Shown: positions 36,485-46,433 of the stretch, piece by piece
Numbering within the stretch: the stretch's first letter is position 1
Layout of the letters: each line of letters begins with the position of its first letter
Virus record (IMG/VR): IMGVR_UViG_3300001598_000034
Coordinates: 32,001-96,000 of that record
Reading direction: 5' to 3' (one strand)
Length of the DNA stretch: 64,000 bases
Source of the DNA: a virus
Lineage: Duplodnaviria; Caudoviricetes
The notes under the pieces: model-generated
Databases searched by the model: none
Told to the model about the DNA's origin: nothing
The model's input: only the letters and a program-made list of their open reading frames with translations
Program-made: the position numbers and the translations under genes

Positions 36485-37975
36485 ATGATCAACACAGACT
36501 ACCTTAGAAAAATAGCAAGTGCAGCACAATATCGACTTAAAGACTATCAACAAAGAGTAGTAGATAAAGTTATTACTAATTCTGATACTCCTACATCTTT
36601 GATTGCTCTTCATTCTATGGGGTCTGGTAAGACATTAACAGCATTAAGTACTTTTGATAAAATGCAAAAGCTCAAACCAAATGCTAAGATGTTATATATA
36701 GTACCAGCACCATTAGTAGCACGTACACCTCAGGAGATGAAGCAGTATGGGCTAGGGAATCTGATAAACAAAGTAGATGTACTTAGCTATGAAGCTGCCT
36801 CTAAGGTGCCACCTGGAAGTAAGACTCAGTATGATCTTGTAGCAATAGATGAAGCACATAGATTGCGCAATGCAAAATCTCAGAGAGCACAAAATATTCA
36901 GAATATTTTAGATAATAGCAAACATAGGCTACTTCTTACAGGCACAGCAGGATATAATCACCCAGCTGACATGTATGGCCTAATAAATAGGCTTAACCCA
37001 GATCTTAAACTTCCAGAAGACCATACTGCCTTTATGAACAGATATGCTCCAGATGGTGAAAATTTAAGACATAAAGACGAGCTAGCTAAAATTCTTAATA
37101 AGTACATAGACAAATATGAGGTAGATAAGAATAATGAACACTTCCCTTCTGTTTCTCAAAAAGTAATTGACGTGCCAATGTCTCCTCAGCAAGAAATTTT
37201 ATATCAACATATTGCTGAGAGAGATTTACCAGAAGAGTTAAGAGCAAAGCTCAAAGCGGGCATAAAGCTAACAGCAAGAGACGCTCAAGTATTCAATATG
37301 TTCATGGGCGGTACACGCCAAGCGTCTAATACCGGAAGCAAATTTTTAAGCACAATGTCATATAAGGACTCCCCTAAGATTATGACTGCATTAAAGTCTG
37401 TACAGGAACATGCTAAAAATAATCCAAATTTTAGAGGAGTAGTTTACTCTAACTATTTAGAGGCAGGGGTTTTACCGTATGCACAAGCGCTACAGGATAG
37501 TGGAATAAGATCATATATCTATACTGGATCCACGCCAGTGAAGGAAAAAGAGAAAATTATACGTGAGTATAATAAATTTGATAACAAACCTAAAGCTCTT
37601 ATTTTATCCTCAGCTGGTGGTGAAGGTCTAGACCTAAAACGCACTAACTTGATGCAAGTCCTGGAACCACACTGGAATGAACCTAAGTTAGACCAGGCAA
37701 AAGCTAGAGCAGTACGATATGATAGCCATGCAGACTTACCAAAGTCACAGAGACACGTAGACATAGAAGAGTATCATAGTGTATTTAATAAACAACATGC
37801 GATACCGCCAGTAGATACTGTATTGTCTGATCTAAGTTACCAAAAGAATAGTATAGTCAAGCAAATGAATGATTTAATTGGCAAGAAACCGCCAAAACAA
37901 ACATTCATGGATAGTTTAAGTGATTGGAATCCATTTAATAGTAGTAAATATAAAAATCTTAGTAACAAAATTTAA
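36485..37975 (+). CDS. SNF2-family ATPase/helicase with MINTDYLRKIA leader
   Basis: HSMGSGKT, DEAH, LLTGT, AGGEGLDL, QAKARAVR. Confidence 0.9.
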   Translation: MINTDYLRKIASAAQYRLKDYQQRVVDKVITNSDTPTSLIALHSMGSGKTLTALSTFDKMQKLKPNAKMLYIVPAPLVARTPQEMKQYGLGNLINKVDVLSYEAASKVPPGSKTQYDLVAIDEAHRLRNAKSQRAQNIQNILDNSKHRLLLTGTAGYNHPADMYGLINRLNPDLKLPEDHTAFMNRYAPDGENLRHKDELAKILNKYIDKYEVDKNNEHFPSVSQKVIDVPMSPQQEILYQHIAERDLPEELRAKLKAGIKLTARDAQVFNMFMGGTRQASNTGSKFLSTMSYKDSPKIMTALKSVQEHAKNNPNFRGVVYSNYLEAGVLPYAQALQDSGIRSYIYTGSTPVKEKEKIIREYNKFDNKPKALILSSAGGEGLDLKRTNLMQVLEPHWNEPKLDQAKARAVRYDSHADLPKSQRHVDIEEYHSVFNKQHAIPPVDTVLSDLSYQKNSIVKQMNDLIGKKPPKQTFMDSLSDWNPFNSSKYKNLSNKI

Positions 37976-37985
37976 TCCACTAAAA

Positions 37986-38016
37986 AAAAAGAGACTACAT
38001 TAAGTAGTCTCTTTTT
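37986..38016. terminator. Bidirectional terminator at convergence of the two gene blocks
   Basis: aaaaagagactac-attaa-gtagtctcttttt. Confidence 0.85.
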
Positions 38017-38401
38017 CCTTTTCCGTACACTCTGTACACATAGCTAAATTCTTTAAACTTGTCATAAATTCCCACACTTTGTGAGTAAGTTTCATTTTAA
38101 AAGAATCTAATGCCAGGTCTGGATAGAATGCTTTTTTTGTATGCTCAGAGTATGTTTCACTCCAAGTTTCCCCACCCATTAAATGGGCAGTCACCACTAA
38201 AGCATTGTCTTCTTTTTGCTCGGATGCAGTAAATCCAGTAATTAAATTAACTGCATCAGACAAGCTGAAAGTATCATCTTCATTCAATATGTAAGATACA
38301 CCTGCAGTCAAAGGCTCATGAGTATTTACGTCTTCAATAAAGATACGTACTGCTTTATTTCCTTTTTTATTCATGGGTTTCTTATTAACAACATCAGTCA
38401 T
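38000..38401 (-). CDS. Hypothetical protein
   Basis: RBS; operon packing. Confidence 0.6.
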   Translation of the reverse strand: MTDVVNKKPMNKKGNKAVRIFIEDVNTHEPLTAGVSYILNEDDTFSLSDAVNLITGFTASEQKEDNALVVTAHLMGGETWSETYSEHTKKAFYPDLALDSFKMKLTHKVWEFMTSLKNLAMCTECTEKEKETT

Positions 38402-38416
38402 AATAATATCCTTTCT

Positions 38417-38833
38417 TTATTTTACAACCGTAGTTTCATTACAATATATTACTGGTGGATATCCTGGATAAGTAGGAGTATCTTGATTAGGTGGGTATGT
38501 CCATGGGTTAGTAAATGGTACCCATTTCTCTATAGTTTTAGGAGCTTCTATACCTATAGGAAGTTTGTAGCTATCAGGTAATTTAAACTTAACAATAGTC
38601 ATAGACATAATAAGTTGTTCATTATTATCGTCTCCGTCTAAAATAACTATTTTGTTTTTATTACCCTCAACCTTGTACCAATAGGATGTATCCCAAGTAT
38701 TGTCTTTTGCTGCTTGCTCCATAGCAGAGAAAGCTTCTTCTTTGCTCCACCACGCTCTAGCAGCCCCTCTAGGATACCCATCACAACTGTCACCATATTC
38801 AACATATATATATGAATAAACTTCTAAATTCAT
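38417..38833 (-). CDS. Hypothetical protein
   Basis: Operon packing. Confidence 0.6.
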   Translation of the reverse strand: MNLEVYSYIYVEYGDSCDGYPRGAARAWWSKEEAFSAMEQAAKDNTWDTSYWYKVEGNKNKIVILDGDDNNEQLIMSMTIVKFKLPDSYKLPIGIEAPKTIEKWVPFTNPWTYPPNQDTPTYPGYPPVIYCNETTVVK

Positions 38834-38840
38834 TTATATT

Positions 38841-39062
38841 TTATCTTCCTGTGCAACCACAGTTATGCCTTTCTGCTACAGTTACAGAAAAAGACGTATT
38901 TTTATCCAAATGATCTAACAAGTCTTTATTCAAGTATTTAAGAATAGCTAATGTCTTAGCTTCTTCTAAGTTATCTGCTTCAACATTAATAAGTGTGTGT
39001 GATTCTTCGTTAATCATTATGTCAAATTTTTCCATATTATTTTTAAGCCTTTCTATCATCAA
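38841..39062 (-). CDS. Hypothetical protein
   Basis: NVEADNLEEAKTLA, common small phage protein pattern. Confidence 0.5.
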   Translation of the reverse strand: MMIERLKNNMEKFDIMINEESHTLINVEADNLEEAKTLAILKYLNKDLLDHLDKNTSFSVTVAERHNCGCTGR

Positions 39063-39067
39063 TAATA

Positions 39068-39361
39068 CTATCTGTCACCATATTGAAAATGTGGTATTAT
39101 ATTATCTTTATTTTTATATACTCCTAATTTGTATGCTAAACGTAAACAAATCCTCATAAAATAAGGTAAGTTATACCATGCCCTATCACATGGTATAACT
39201 TTTTCTACAGGAACCCATATCAGACTTCCATCTTTATCTTTGTATTCTACAGGAACTTCCGTAAAATAACCACCCAATTTACCCCTCACCATACCAACTT
39301 TATAATAAGGTTTAGTTTCTACAAAAGTACCTTGACGAAATTCATAACTATATCCTTGCAT
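39068..39361 (-). CDS. Hypothetical protein
   Basis: Operon packing. Confidence 0.5.
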   Translation of the reverse strand: MQGYSYEFRQGTFVETKPYYKVGMVRGKLGGYFTEVPVEYKDKDGSLIWVPVEKVIPCDRAWYNLPYFMRICLRLAYKLGVYKNKDNIIPHFQYGDR

Positions 39362-39365
39362 GTTT

Positions 39366-39662
39366 TTACTCTGTAATAGCTTCTAGTTCTTCTCCAGATT
39401 CCATAAGGTATTCAACTTCATAGAGAAATACATCAACAACAAGTCTATCCGTATCTTTAGTACGAAGTTGCAACTTACCATCATATACCGTATGTATATA
39501 AAGTTTCGGTGTGAGCATCCTACTAGTATGTCTAACAAGATCACGCAAAGCATCTTTTCTATCAGCCCATACTACGGAACTGATAGTATCTTGATTACAG
39601 ACAGGATGTATATCTCTTGGATATTCTACTTTAGCTACCCCATAATACTTTACTTTTTTCAT
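39366..39662 (-). CDS. Hypothetical protein
   Basis: TAATG coupling to polA; GAGGAG RBS. Confidence 0.6.
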   Translation of the reverse strand: MKKVKYYGVAKVEYPRDIHPVCNQDTISSVVWADRKDALRDLVRHTSRMLTPKLYIHTVYDGKLQLRTKDTDRLVVDVFLYEVEYLMESGEELEAITE

Positions 39663-42520
39663 TATGTTTTATACTCCTCTAATTCTCCATAACTTGGACC
39701 AACTTCTGTTTCAGCCACAAAAGGCATCACCTTACATATTGGTAATTCTTTATTTCCTAAAACAGGATGCTCTAAACAATGTTTAGCTATTTGTATAAAC
39801 TCATCTACATAAGTAGATTCTACCTCACACACAACAGAGTCATGTACTGTTGCTACTAATTTATATCTATTTGGATCTAAACGATCATGCATATTAATAA
39901 TTCCACATTGCATCAATTGACTCCCAAATCCCTGAACACAGGTATTCTTAGCTCGACGTTCATCTTTAGCTTTTTCTTTGAAGTCATTTTGATTATCAAT
40001 GTTTGGCAAGTAACGTCTAAATCCAAATGGGTTTACTACATATCCATTCTTTCTAGCAAAACGTACCTGTCCCGTTTGCCACTTTGCCAAAGTTGGATAA
40101 CCCTTGTTAAAATTGTTTATCATTGACTTACAGTCATCTACATTAAACTGCATTGGTACTCCATTATTTCTTGCGTCATTCCCTAGAGTCATGTGTAGAC
40201 CATATGGGCCCATACCATAGAGTACACCAAAGGAAATTGTTTTCGCAGCTTGCCTGCGATCAGGATAATGTTGTTTAATGTATTTACACTGTTTCTTTGT
40301 TAGCTCAATGTCGAACTCTTTTGTTCCTGGTTTAAGTCCTTCTTTTATAAGGTCTTCTTTGAATTCCTTGTCTGGAGTTTGTAACAAGAAGGATACCTTT
40401 GCATTACGAGAGTGAAGATCTATTCCAGATTCATAACTCTCTATAAACAATGGCTCTTTTGCCAAAGCACCCGCAACACGTAATTCCAACTGCGATTGAT
40501 CAAGGTTTACCATTACCCAATCAGGATTTCTTGGAATAAAAGCTTTCTTAATTTTATATTCATGCAGGTCTTCGTAACCAGGGTCAGTTGGTGCCATAGC
40601 AGACGGGATATTCTGCATGTTAACCGCACTTTTACCACCACCAGAACTTAAACGCCCTGTAGCTGTACCCGTAATATTGTATCTTGCCCTTAAGCACCCA
40701 TCTAAATCTGTATTAGAAAGATAGCCATTGAAATACGTAGATAAAAGTTTTGAACACTTACGGTATTTACGCAATGCTTGACTAAATGGAGTATTAATCA
40801 TAGCTAAAGCTACGTCTCCAGTAGGACGATGTCCACCATCATAAAGTTCACCGTCATCATCTTGCACTACGCCTTCTTCTAAAATAGGTACAGCATAACC
40901 AAGCAAATCATATAGAACATGTTCCATTTCTTGTGGGCTATTCCAGTCATATTCATGTCCATTTGCCAATGTTTTTAGTTCTGACTTATAACGCTCAAGG
41001 AGCTTCTCCATATACTCCTTAGTACTCTTTACCCATTCGCCATTTACATGCATTCCATTATGTTCCATTTCACCTAAAGTGATAACGGACTTTGTCATGA
41101 TCCAATGAGCAGGAAGCATATTTTCTTTTTGAATTTGAGCTAAGAATAATTTATAAATACGTAGAGTAGCATCACTATCAGCGGCATTATATGGAGCCAT
41201 TGTTTCCATATTTGCCTGCTCCCATTTAGTCTGTATTATATGACCATCTTCACTGTATTCATCAGGTGTACCCTTCATGTCAGTCTCATATCCGCCTAAA
41301 CTAGTATAGGTCGCAGCCAACATTTTTAAACCTGCATAGCCACCCAAGCCACATAAATAAGCCATATTCATAGTATCGCCTACTATATTTTTTGTAACAA
41401 TATTATTTACTAGACGCAAAAACCAATAGTCAAAACCTACATTATGCCCTATGAATTTAACATCACTAGTCATAAACCTATTTAAAATAGGTAAATACTT
41501 TTCTGGATCATTTTCAATTGGAACACATACGGCACACCCAATATCCCAAGCAAAACTAATGCACCTTAATTTTGCAGGGTGTTCTAAATCGAAAGCGTCC
41601 TTTGGATGTATATCACGGCCGTTAGACTCAATATCGAAAGCATGTACTAACTTCTTAAACCTGTCTTCAGTAGTATGTGCAGTTACAAACTTATCAAATT
41701 CTTCTACAGTTTCCAATAAATAATAGTTATCAGGCATTGAATCCTTGTCGCCAAGAAGTTGCCTATTTACTTGCTTAAAGGCAGCCTCTGCTGCTTTAAA
41801 GGCTTTTTGATCACTGATAACTTTTTCTGGACTTTCTGTAGCTATAAGTTTGCACACCTCTGTATGGTCTTCTCCAATTACAATCGGATTAACCTCAAAT
41901 ATTCTATTAAAGATATCCTTAGAAGGGCCTTCCAACCCAAACGGTACACATGATGGTTTTCCCATACAAATAATAACATTTGGTTTTGCTTTAACGATTG
42001 CTTTACGTAAGTGCTCATTGCAAAACAGAATCATATTTTTTGTTGGGTCTTTTACGTGAGGACAAAACACAGTTGGGAACATATAGATTTTTGTAGCAGA
42101 AGTTAAAGTAGTTGTAGTTAATTCTGCCATTGTGTCCCTCTGATCAAACGGTAATACTTCCTGGCTGTCAAAAGGTCTCGGAACAATAATTACAACTATT
42201 TTTTCTTCTGCACTTTCTCTAATTGTTTTATATGGGACTAACTTATCTAGACTATAAAAAGGGGTTTTATCTAACCCCTTTCCTAATGAACAGGCTTCAC
42301 AGCCTGTCTTCTTCTTTTTCTTTTTAGATGCCAAACGTTTTTTAGCACCAGTTATCTCTGCTGTATTGAAAAGGAGCATCTGTTGAAGATTTTCGTCAGA
42401 CACTTCTTTAGCAATATCAATTCCCTGACTCCTTTCCAGTGTTAGATCTGGGGTCACGAATGACAGCCGTTTGAGATTCGATTTTATCTCTAGCTTCTTC
42501 ACGTTGCTCTTCCTCGACAA
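39662..42520 (-). CDS. polA: Family A DNA polymerase with N-terminal UDG-like domain and 3'-5' exonuclease (start uncertain)
   Basis: AFDIES, GHNVGFD, YNAAD; TGRLSS, NMQNIP, DQSQLELR (motif A), RQAAKTISFGVLYG (B), VHDS (C). Confidence 0.95.
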   Translation of the reverse strand: MSRKSNVKKLEIKSNLKRLSFVTPDLTLERSQGIDIAKEVSDENLQQMLLFNTAEITGAKKRLASKKKKKKTGCEACSLGKGLDKTPFYSLDKLVPYKTIRESAEEKIVVIIVPRPFDSQEVLPFDQRDTMAELTTTTLTSATKIYMFPTVFCPHVKDPTKNMILFCNEHLRKAIVKAKPNVIICMGKPSCVPFGLEGPSKDIFNRIFEVNPIVIGEDHTEVCKLIATESPEKVISDQKAFKAAEAAFKQVNRQLLGDKDSMPDNYYLLETVEEFDKFVTAHTTEDRFKKLVHAFDIESNGRDIHPKDAFDLEHPAKLRCISFAWDIGCAVCVPIENDPEKYLPILNRFMTSDVKFIGHNVGFDYWFLRLVNNIVTKNIVGDTMNMAYLCGLGGYAGLKMLAATYTSLGGYETDMKGTPDEYSEDGHIIQTKWEQANMETMAPYNAADSDATLRIYKLFLAQIQKENMLPAHWIMTKSVITLGEMEHNGMHVNGEWVKSTKEYMEKLLERYKSELKTLANGHEYDWNSPQEMEHVLYDLLGYAVPILEEGVVQDDDGELYDGGHRPTGDVALAMINTPFSQALRKYRKCSKLLSTYFNGYLSNTDLDGCLRARYNITGTATGRLSSGGGKSAVNMQNIPSAMAPTDPGYEDLHEYKIKKAFIPRNPDWVMVNLDQSQLELRVAGALAKEPLFIESYESGIDLHSRNAKVSFLLQTPDKEFKEDLIKEGLKPGTKEFDIELTKKQCKYIKQHYPDRRQAAKTISFGVLYGMGPYGLHMTLGNDARNNGVPMQFNVDDCKSMINNFNKGYPTLAKWQTGQVRFARKNGYVVNPFGFRRYLPNIDNQNDFKEKAKDERRAKNTCVQGFGSQLMQCGIINMHDRLDPNRYKLVATVHDSVVCEVESTYVDEFIQIAKHCLEHPVLGNKELPICKVMPFVAETEVGPSYGELEEYKT

Positions 42521-45473
42521 CTCCTCTCTTTAATTTTATTACACGTACTATAAAGCCATTAATGCGTTTAGTGGTTGAATTTTTACCAGTCTTAGGATCT
42601 ACTATAATATACCCCATAGCGGCCAATTGATCATAGATAGTTCTCGCGGTATAGTTGATACCACTACCAGTAATTTGCATACGCATTTTATTTACTTCAG
42701 CGATGCATTCATTACCAATTAGATATACACCTTCTTCATCTATCCATCCTAAGCGAACTGAGTTTTCAGCGTGTGGAGTATCTGGATACCCACCCATACC
42801 TTCAAGATGATGTTTACCTGAGTATAATAATGACCGTATAGTATCAACAATAATAGCACCAGCTTGTTGTGCTGCAGTAGCCTGATTCATATTTGCAAGT
42901 ATTAAATTAATACCCTCTTTGTAATATTTATCAAGATCTTGCAGTTCAAGAAATTCAGATGCGTATTTCCAAGATAGTGCATTTACTGCCAAGTTCTCAC
43001 GTACACGAGCATGCATTGCTGGAAATTGAGCTCTAAATGTATTCAGCTCTCTTTCCAACTCAACAGTATTTAAGTGCTTGTTGCACAAAAACTCAATGTA
43101 TTTAGCCATAACCCCCGGTAACGTAGCAGCACCTGCTTGAGCATTAGTTAAATGCTCTGAACTACCATTACTAGGAACACGTAATTCGAGTGTTCTTGCA
43201 GTAATAGAGGTCTCTCCTTCAGGTGGTACGTCCTCTGCCGTAACAATCATATTTCCTCTGATCCACCAAACACGATCATAAGAACTATTCTTACTTACAT
43301 GCATACGAGATCTACCATGACGGTCTGCATAGTTTTGAATTAACCTAGTAACATCTGGTTTCTTACAGTCAACTGGTTTATAGTCATCAATAACGAATGG
43401 CATATCTTTCACATAATAACCATTAACTTCAAGTGAGTTAGGTGTTGATCTCCATGTATCAAAATTCTGATCTTTGAAATCTCCAAAGAAAGAATTCATT
43501 ATACCAGTATAAGATGTTTTAAAAGAACCAGTTTGACCAACAACCCACAAACAATATGGTTTTGCAATTGGTACAAAGTCAGATAATACAGTCCAAAATA
43601 TATGCGACAAATACGGTAAAGTTATTTTATAAGGGAATACCTGAAGAACTTCTTCTCTTATAAATTTCTTAGACTGAGTAAGATCAGATGGACCATCAGT
43701 TAGAAAATAGTTACTATAGTAACTAGGAGAATCTGGTAACTGTACCTGTACATCTTCCAACTCATGAAATCCTTTTTCATCTATATACCCTTTTGGAGTA
43801 TAGTATCTACCGTCTCTCCATCCGGTATGATAGTATACAGTTGCTACATTACCTGCTTCTCCACCTTTAGCAATGGAACTCAATGCCGCCATTGAATTTC
43901 GCAGATTTGCTTCTTGCTTTGGTTCAATAAGTACAGCAGCCGCACCTAACTTCTCGGTTAATACCCTACGTAATTTCTTATCGTCAATAAACTCATCAAT
44001 ATCTATATTAATAACTTTATTTTGATTAATAGTTATTAAACGTACAGTAACACAGCGTTTAATATTGTCGTCACCACTGCCATCATCTAATAGCGTATCT
44101 TGTACGTGCTCCAGTATTACATTTGAAATATGTTTCCACTCTTTATTTTTTCCTTTCTGAGCTAACATCCATATCCCAAAGTTACCATCTGGTTTTAGCG
44201 ATTTACGAAATAGCTCAGCACTAGCTTCTTCTATTTCTTGCATTATGGATTCAAACGTAACACCAGATAAGCTGCCAAAAGCTCTAATAAATAGTTCCCT
44301 ATTTACAGGTGAAAGTCTACGTCCATAATCAACTATTTCAGCACGTATAGATGCACGTTCTTCAATAGTTGCATCAGAATATCTCATGGCTAATTTTTGA
44401 CCAATCCACATAAATGCAGGACGCCTATTTTCAAAGGCTTTTTCTAGATCTGCATATGTATGCTTAGTTGCCCACTCTGATGGGTCTGCATCAGCCTTAT
44501 AATCTTCTGGAAATAAATTAAATGTATCAGGAAATGCCTCTGCAATGTCTTGTGCGTATTTAATACCAGCAGCATCATTATCAGGGAAAATATACAGATT
44601 TTTAATACCCATATTCTGCACAGTAGTTATCCCTGTAGCTATGTTGCCGCCACCACTAAAGCAATAAATTGGCTCTCGTTTATTTGGGTCTTCTTCATAT
44701 ACTAATGAAGACAATGTGCCAACATCAAATTCACCTTCTACAAGTACCGCTTTATCAGGCATAGTACAGTTCATAAACCAGGAAAAGAAACCCATACTGG
44801 TTTTACTTCCAATTTTAGAACCAAGGAAAAACGTTTTCTTTTCTTTACCTTTTTCGTTAGCTACATTACGTACTTTTAATCTACTAATTTCACTATATGA
44901 ATTCTTATAAAAGAATATCAAAGATCCAGATACTTGCAGATTTTTTGCTTCAGATACACAAACTTCTTGTTCCAGTATTTCCGATAAATTATTCTCAACT
45001 ACCCACGCACGCACCTCTTGCAATGACGGATAGTAGCCCAAAGCAGCTAAAGGTAATGTATCAGTATTAATATGCCTTCTGGCAATATATGCACGCACTC
45101 CAGCAGCTTGAGGAGAATTACACAACAGGTCATTAGTCCATCTATAAAAACGATGCAAAGCCTCGTTTCGCTCACGATCTATTTTCTGTTGTGCAGTTTC
45201 TTGTAAATATCCCTTCTTTAAAAGCCAGTTATTCGCTCCAGGGATACTTTCAGTGCCAGGAATACCTGATAATCGTACTAAATCAAGTAAATTACCACCA
45301 ATATTCTCAGCAAAACAATGCCATTTATCCCGCCCCTTAGCATCTACATATACAGCAAAGGCGGGAGTGTGAGTGTTTTTATGTAGCGGGCAATAACCTT
45401 TAGCATAAGGCCCCCTACGATCCCAGTTAAAATTAAAATCGGGAAATAACGTTTCAATAGCATCTATGAGCAT
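42417..45473 (-). CDS. DNA primase-helicase (Zn finger, TOPRIM, P-loop)
   Basis: CPLH...WHCF; VEGEFD; PDNDAAG; GQTGSFKT; VIDD. Confidence 0.85.
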   Translation of the reverse strand: MLIDAIETLFPDFNFNWDRRGPYAKGYCPLHKNTHTPAFAVYVDAKGRDKWHCFAENIGGNLLDLVRLSGIPGTESIPGANNWLLKKGYLQETAQQKIDRERNEALHRFYRWTNDLLCNSPQAAGVRAYIARRHINTDTLPLAALGYYPSLQEVRAWVVENNLSEILEQEVCVSEAKNLQVSGSLIFFYKNSYSEISRLKVRNVANEKGKEKKTFFLGSKIGSKTSMGFFSWFMNCTMPDKAVLVEGEFDVGTLSSLVYEEDPNKREPIYCFSGGGNIATGITTVQNMGIKNLYIFPDNDAAGIKYAQDIAEAFPDTFNLFPEDYKADADPSEWATKHTYADLEKAFENRRPAFMWIGQKLAMRYSDATIEERASIRAEIVDYGRRLSPVNRELFIRAFGSLSGVTFESIMQEIEEASAELFRKSLKPDGNFGIWMLAQKGKNKEWKHISNVILEHVQDTLLDDGSGDDNIKRCVTVRLITINQNKVINIDIDEFIDDKKLRRVLTEKLGAAAVLIEPKQEANLRNSMAALSSIAKGGEAGNVATVYYHTGWRDGRYYTPKGYIDEKGFHELEDVQVQLPDSPSYYSNYFLTDGPSDLTQSKKFIREEVLQVFPYKITLPYLSHIFWTVLSDFVPIAKPYCLWVVGQTGSFKTSYTGIMNSFFGDFKDQNFDTWRSTPNSLEVNGYYVKDMPFVIDDYKPVDCKKPDVTRLIQNYADRHGRSRMHVSKNSSYDRVWWIRGNMIVTAEDVPPEGETSITARTLELRVPSNGSSEHLTNAQAGAATLPGVMAKYIEFLCNKHLNTVELERELNTFRAQFPAMHARVRENLAVNALSWKYASEFLELQDLDKYYKEGINLILANMNQATAAQQAGAIIVDTIRSLLYSGKHHLEGMGGYPDTPHAENSVRLGWIDEEGVYLIGNECIAEVNKMRMQITGSGINYTARTIYDQLAAMGYIIVDPKTGKNSTTKRINGFIVRVIKLKRGVVEEEQREEARDKIESQTAVIRDPRSNTGKESGN

Positions 45474-45520
45474 TTTACGTTTTCCCTCCTTTCTACTTTT
45501 ATTCGAGATATGTGCCTACT

Positions 45521-46429
45521 CTATATTATACCTGATGCTGTAGGATGCGTTTTTATATCCTCTCGGTGAGCTGCAAGTGTATTCAGATTAGACATTTGCG
45601 CAGTTGCACAAGTATCTTTAAAACTACACATACCACACATGTAGCTTTCTTCTTCTGGAAATACACCATTCATTTCACAGTCAAGTATCCTGTCTTCTAA
45701 TGTATGTAGAGTATTAATATATGTTTGCATGAAAAATTTATTTTCGTCTCGTGTGGTCATGCTCCATACAGCTTTTCCCCTACGTAAATAATTGAGACAG
45801 AAATAACACTTTTCCCAATCAAGTTTATACGTATTGGTAATAAAGCCTACATATAAATTTAATTGAGGATTTTCATGAACTTTCTTTTGTGAAGAAATTG
45901 ATTTATTTGTTTTATGGTCAACAATATAAAGAGTTTTTTCCTTCTGATCATAAGCCCATAAATCAACTCTTCCACGCAGATAAGTCCTATAGGTACCTGG
46001 TTCATATTGTGCTCTTGTTAAATTTTCTTGTAATCCAAAAGCACTTTCTATTTTCCAGTGTTTGATTTGTTTTTCCGTTAAAAATGTTTTCCATTTGGAA
46101 ACAAAAGACACCATATAATTTAAAAGCGGGAGTGCATCTCTATATGCAACTTCTTTGTCTCCCACCCCATCATAGGTGTCTCTTATTTGTTGAAGATATG
46201 CCTGAGCTTTTTCTAATGTTGGAGCTTCAGTGTCTCTAAGCATATTTTCAATAGTTTCATGAGCAAAACTCCCAAGAAGTAAAGCCGGAGAGTTTTCACG
46301 CTCTCCGGACAAATAAATTCTTGCAAATTTTGCCATACAGGTTTTTGCTACTTCGGCTTTTGAATGACTAAATGGCAAATGACCTTCTCGACCTTCCATC
46401 AGTCCAAACCCAAGTGTATTAATATTCAT
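45521..46429 (-). CDS. PD-(D/E)XK RecB/Cas4-like exonuclease
   Basis: FSHS...C, GSFAHE, GRVD, VDHKT, QLNLY, C-terminal CGMCSFKDTC. Confidence 0.85.
   Translation of the reverse strand: MNINTLGFGLMEGREGHLPFSHSKAEVAKTCMAKFARIYLSGERENSPALLLGSFAHETIENMLRDTEAPTLEKAQAYLQQIRDTYDGVGDKEVAYRDALPLLNYMVSFVSKWKTFLTEKQIKHWKIESAFGLQENLTRAQYEPGTYRTYLRGRVDLWAYDQKEKTLYIVDHKTNKSISSQKKVHENPQLNLYVGFITNTYKLDWEKCYFCLNYLRRGKAVWSMTTRDENKFFMQTYINTLHTLEDRILDCEMNGVFPEEESYMCGMCSFKDTCATAQMSNLNTLAAHREDIKTHPTASGII
45523..45533 (-). promoter_or_regulatory. Class A promoter for primase/polymerase, embedded in the upstream gene's last codons
   Basis: AGGTATAATAT-agagTAGG on minus strand. Confidence 0.65.
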
Positions 46430-46433
46430 TTTT

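Noticed and set aside
45521-46429. Cas4 as part of a CRISPR system
   Set aside because: Sits in a replication/recombination cluster typical of phage exonucleases; no array
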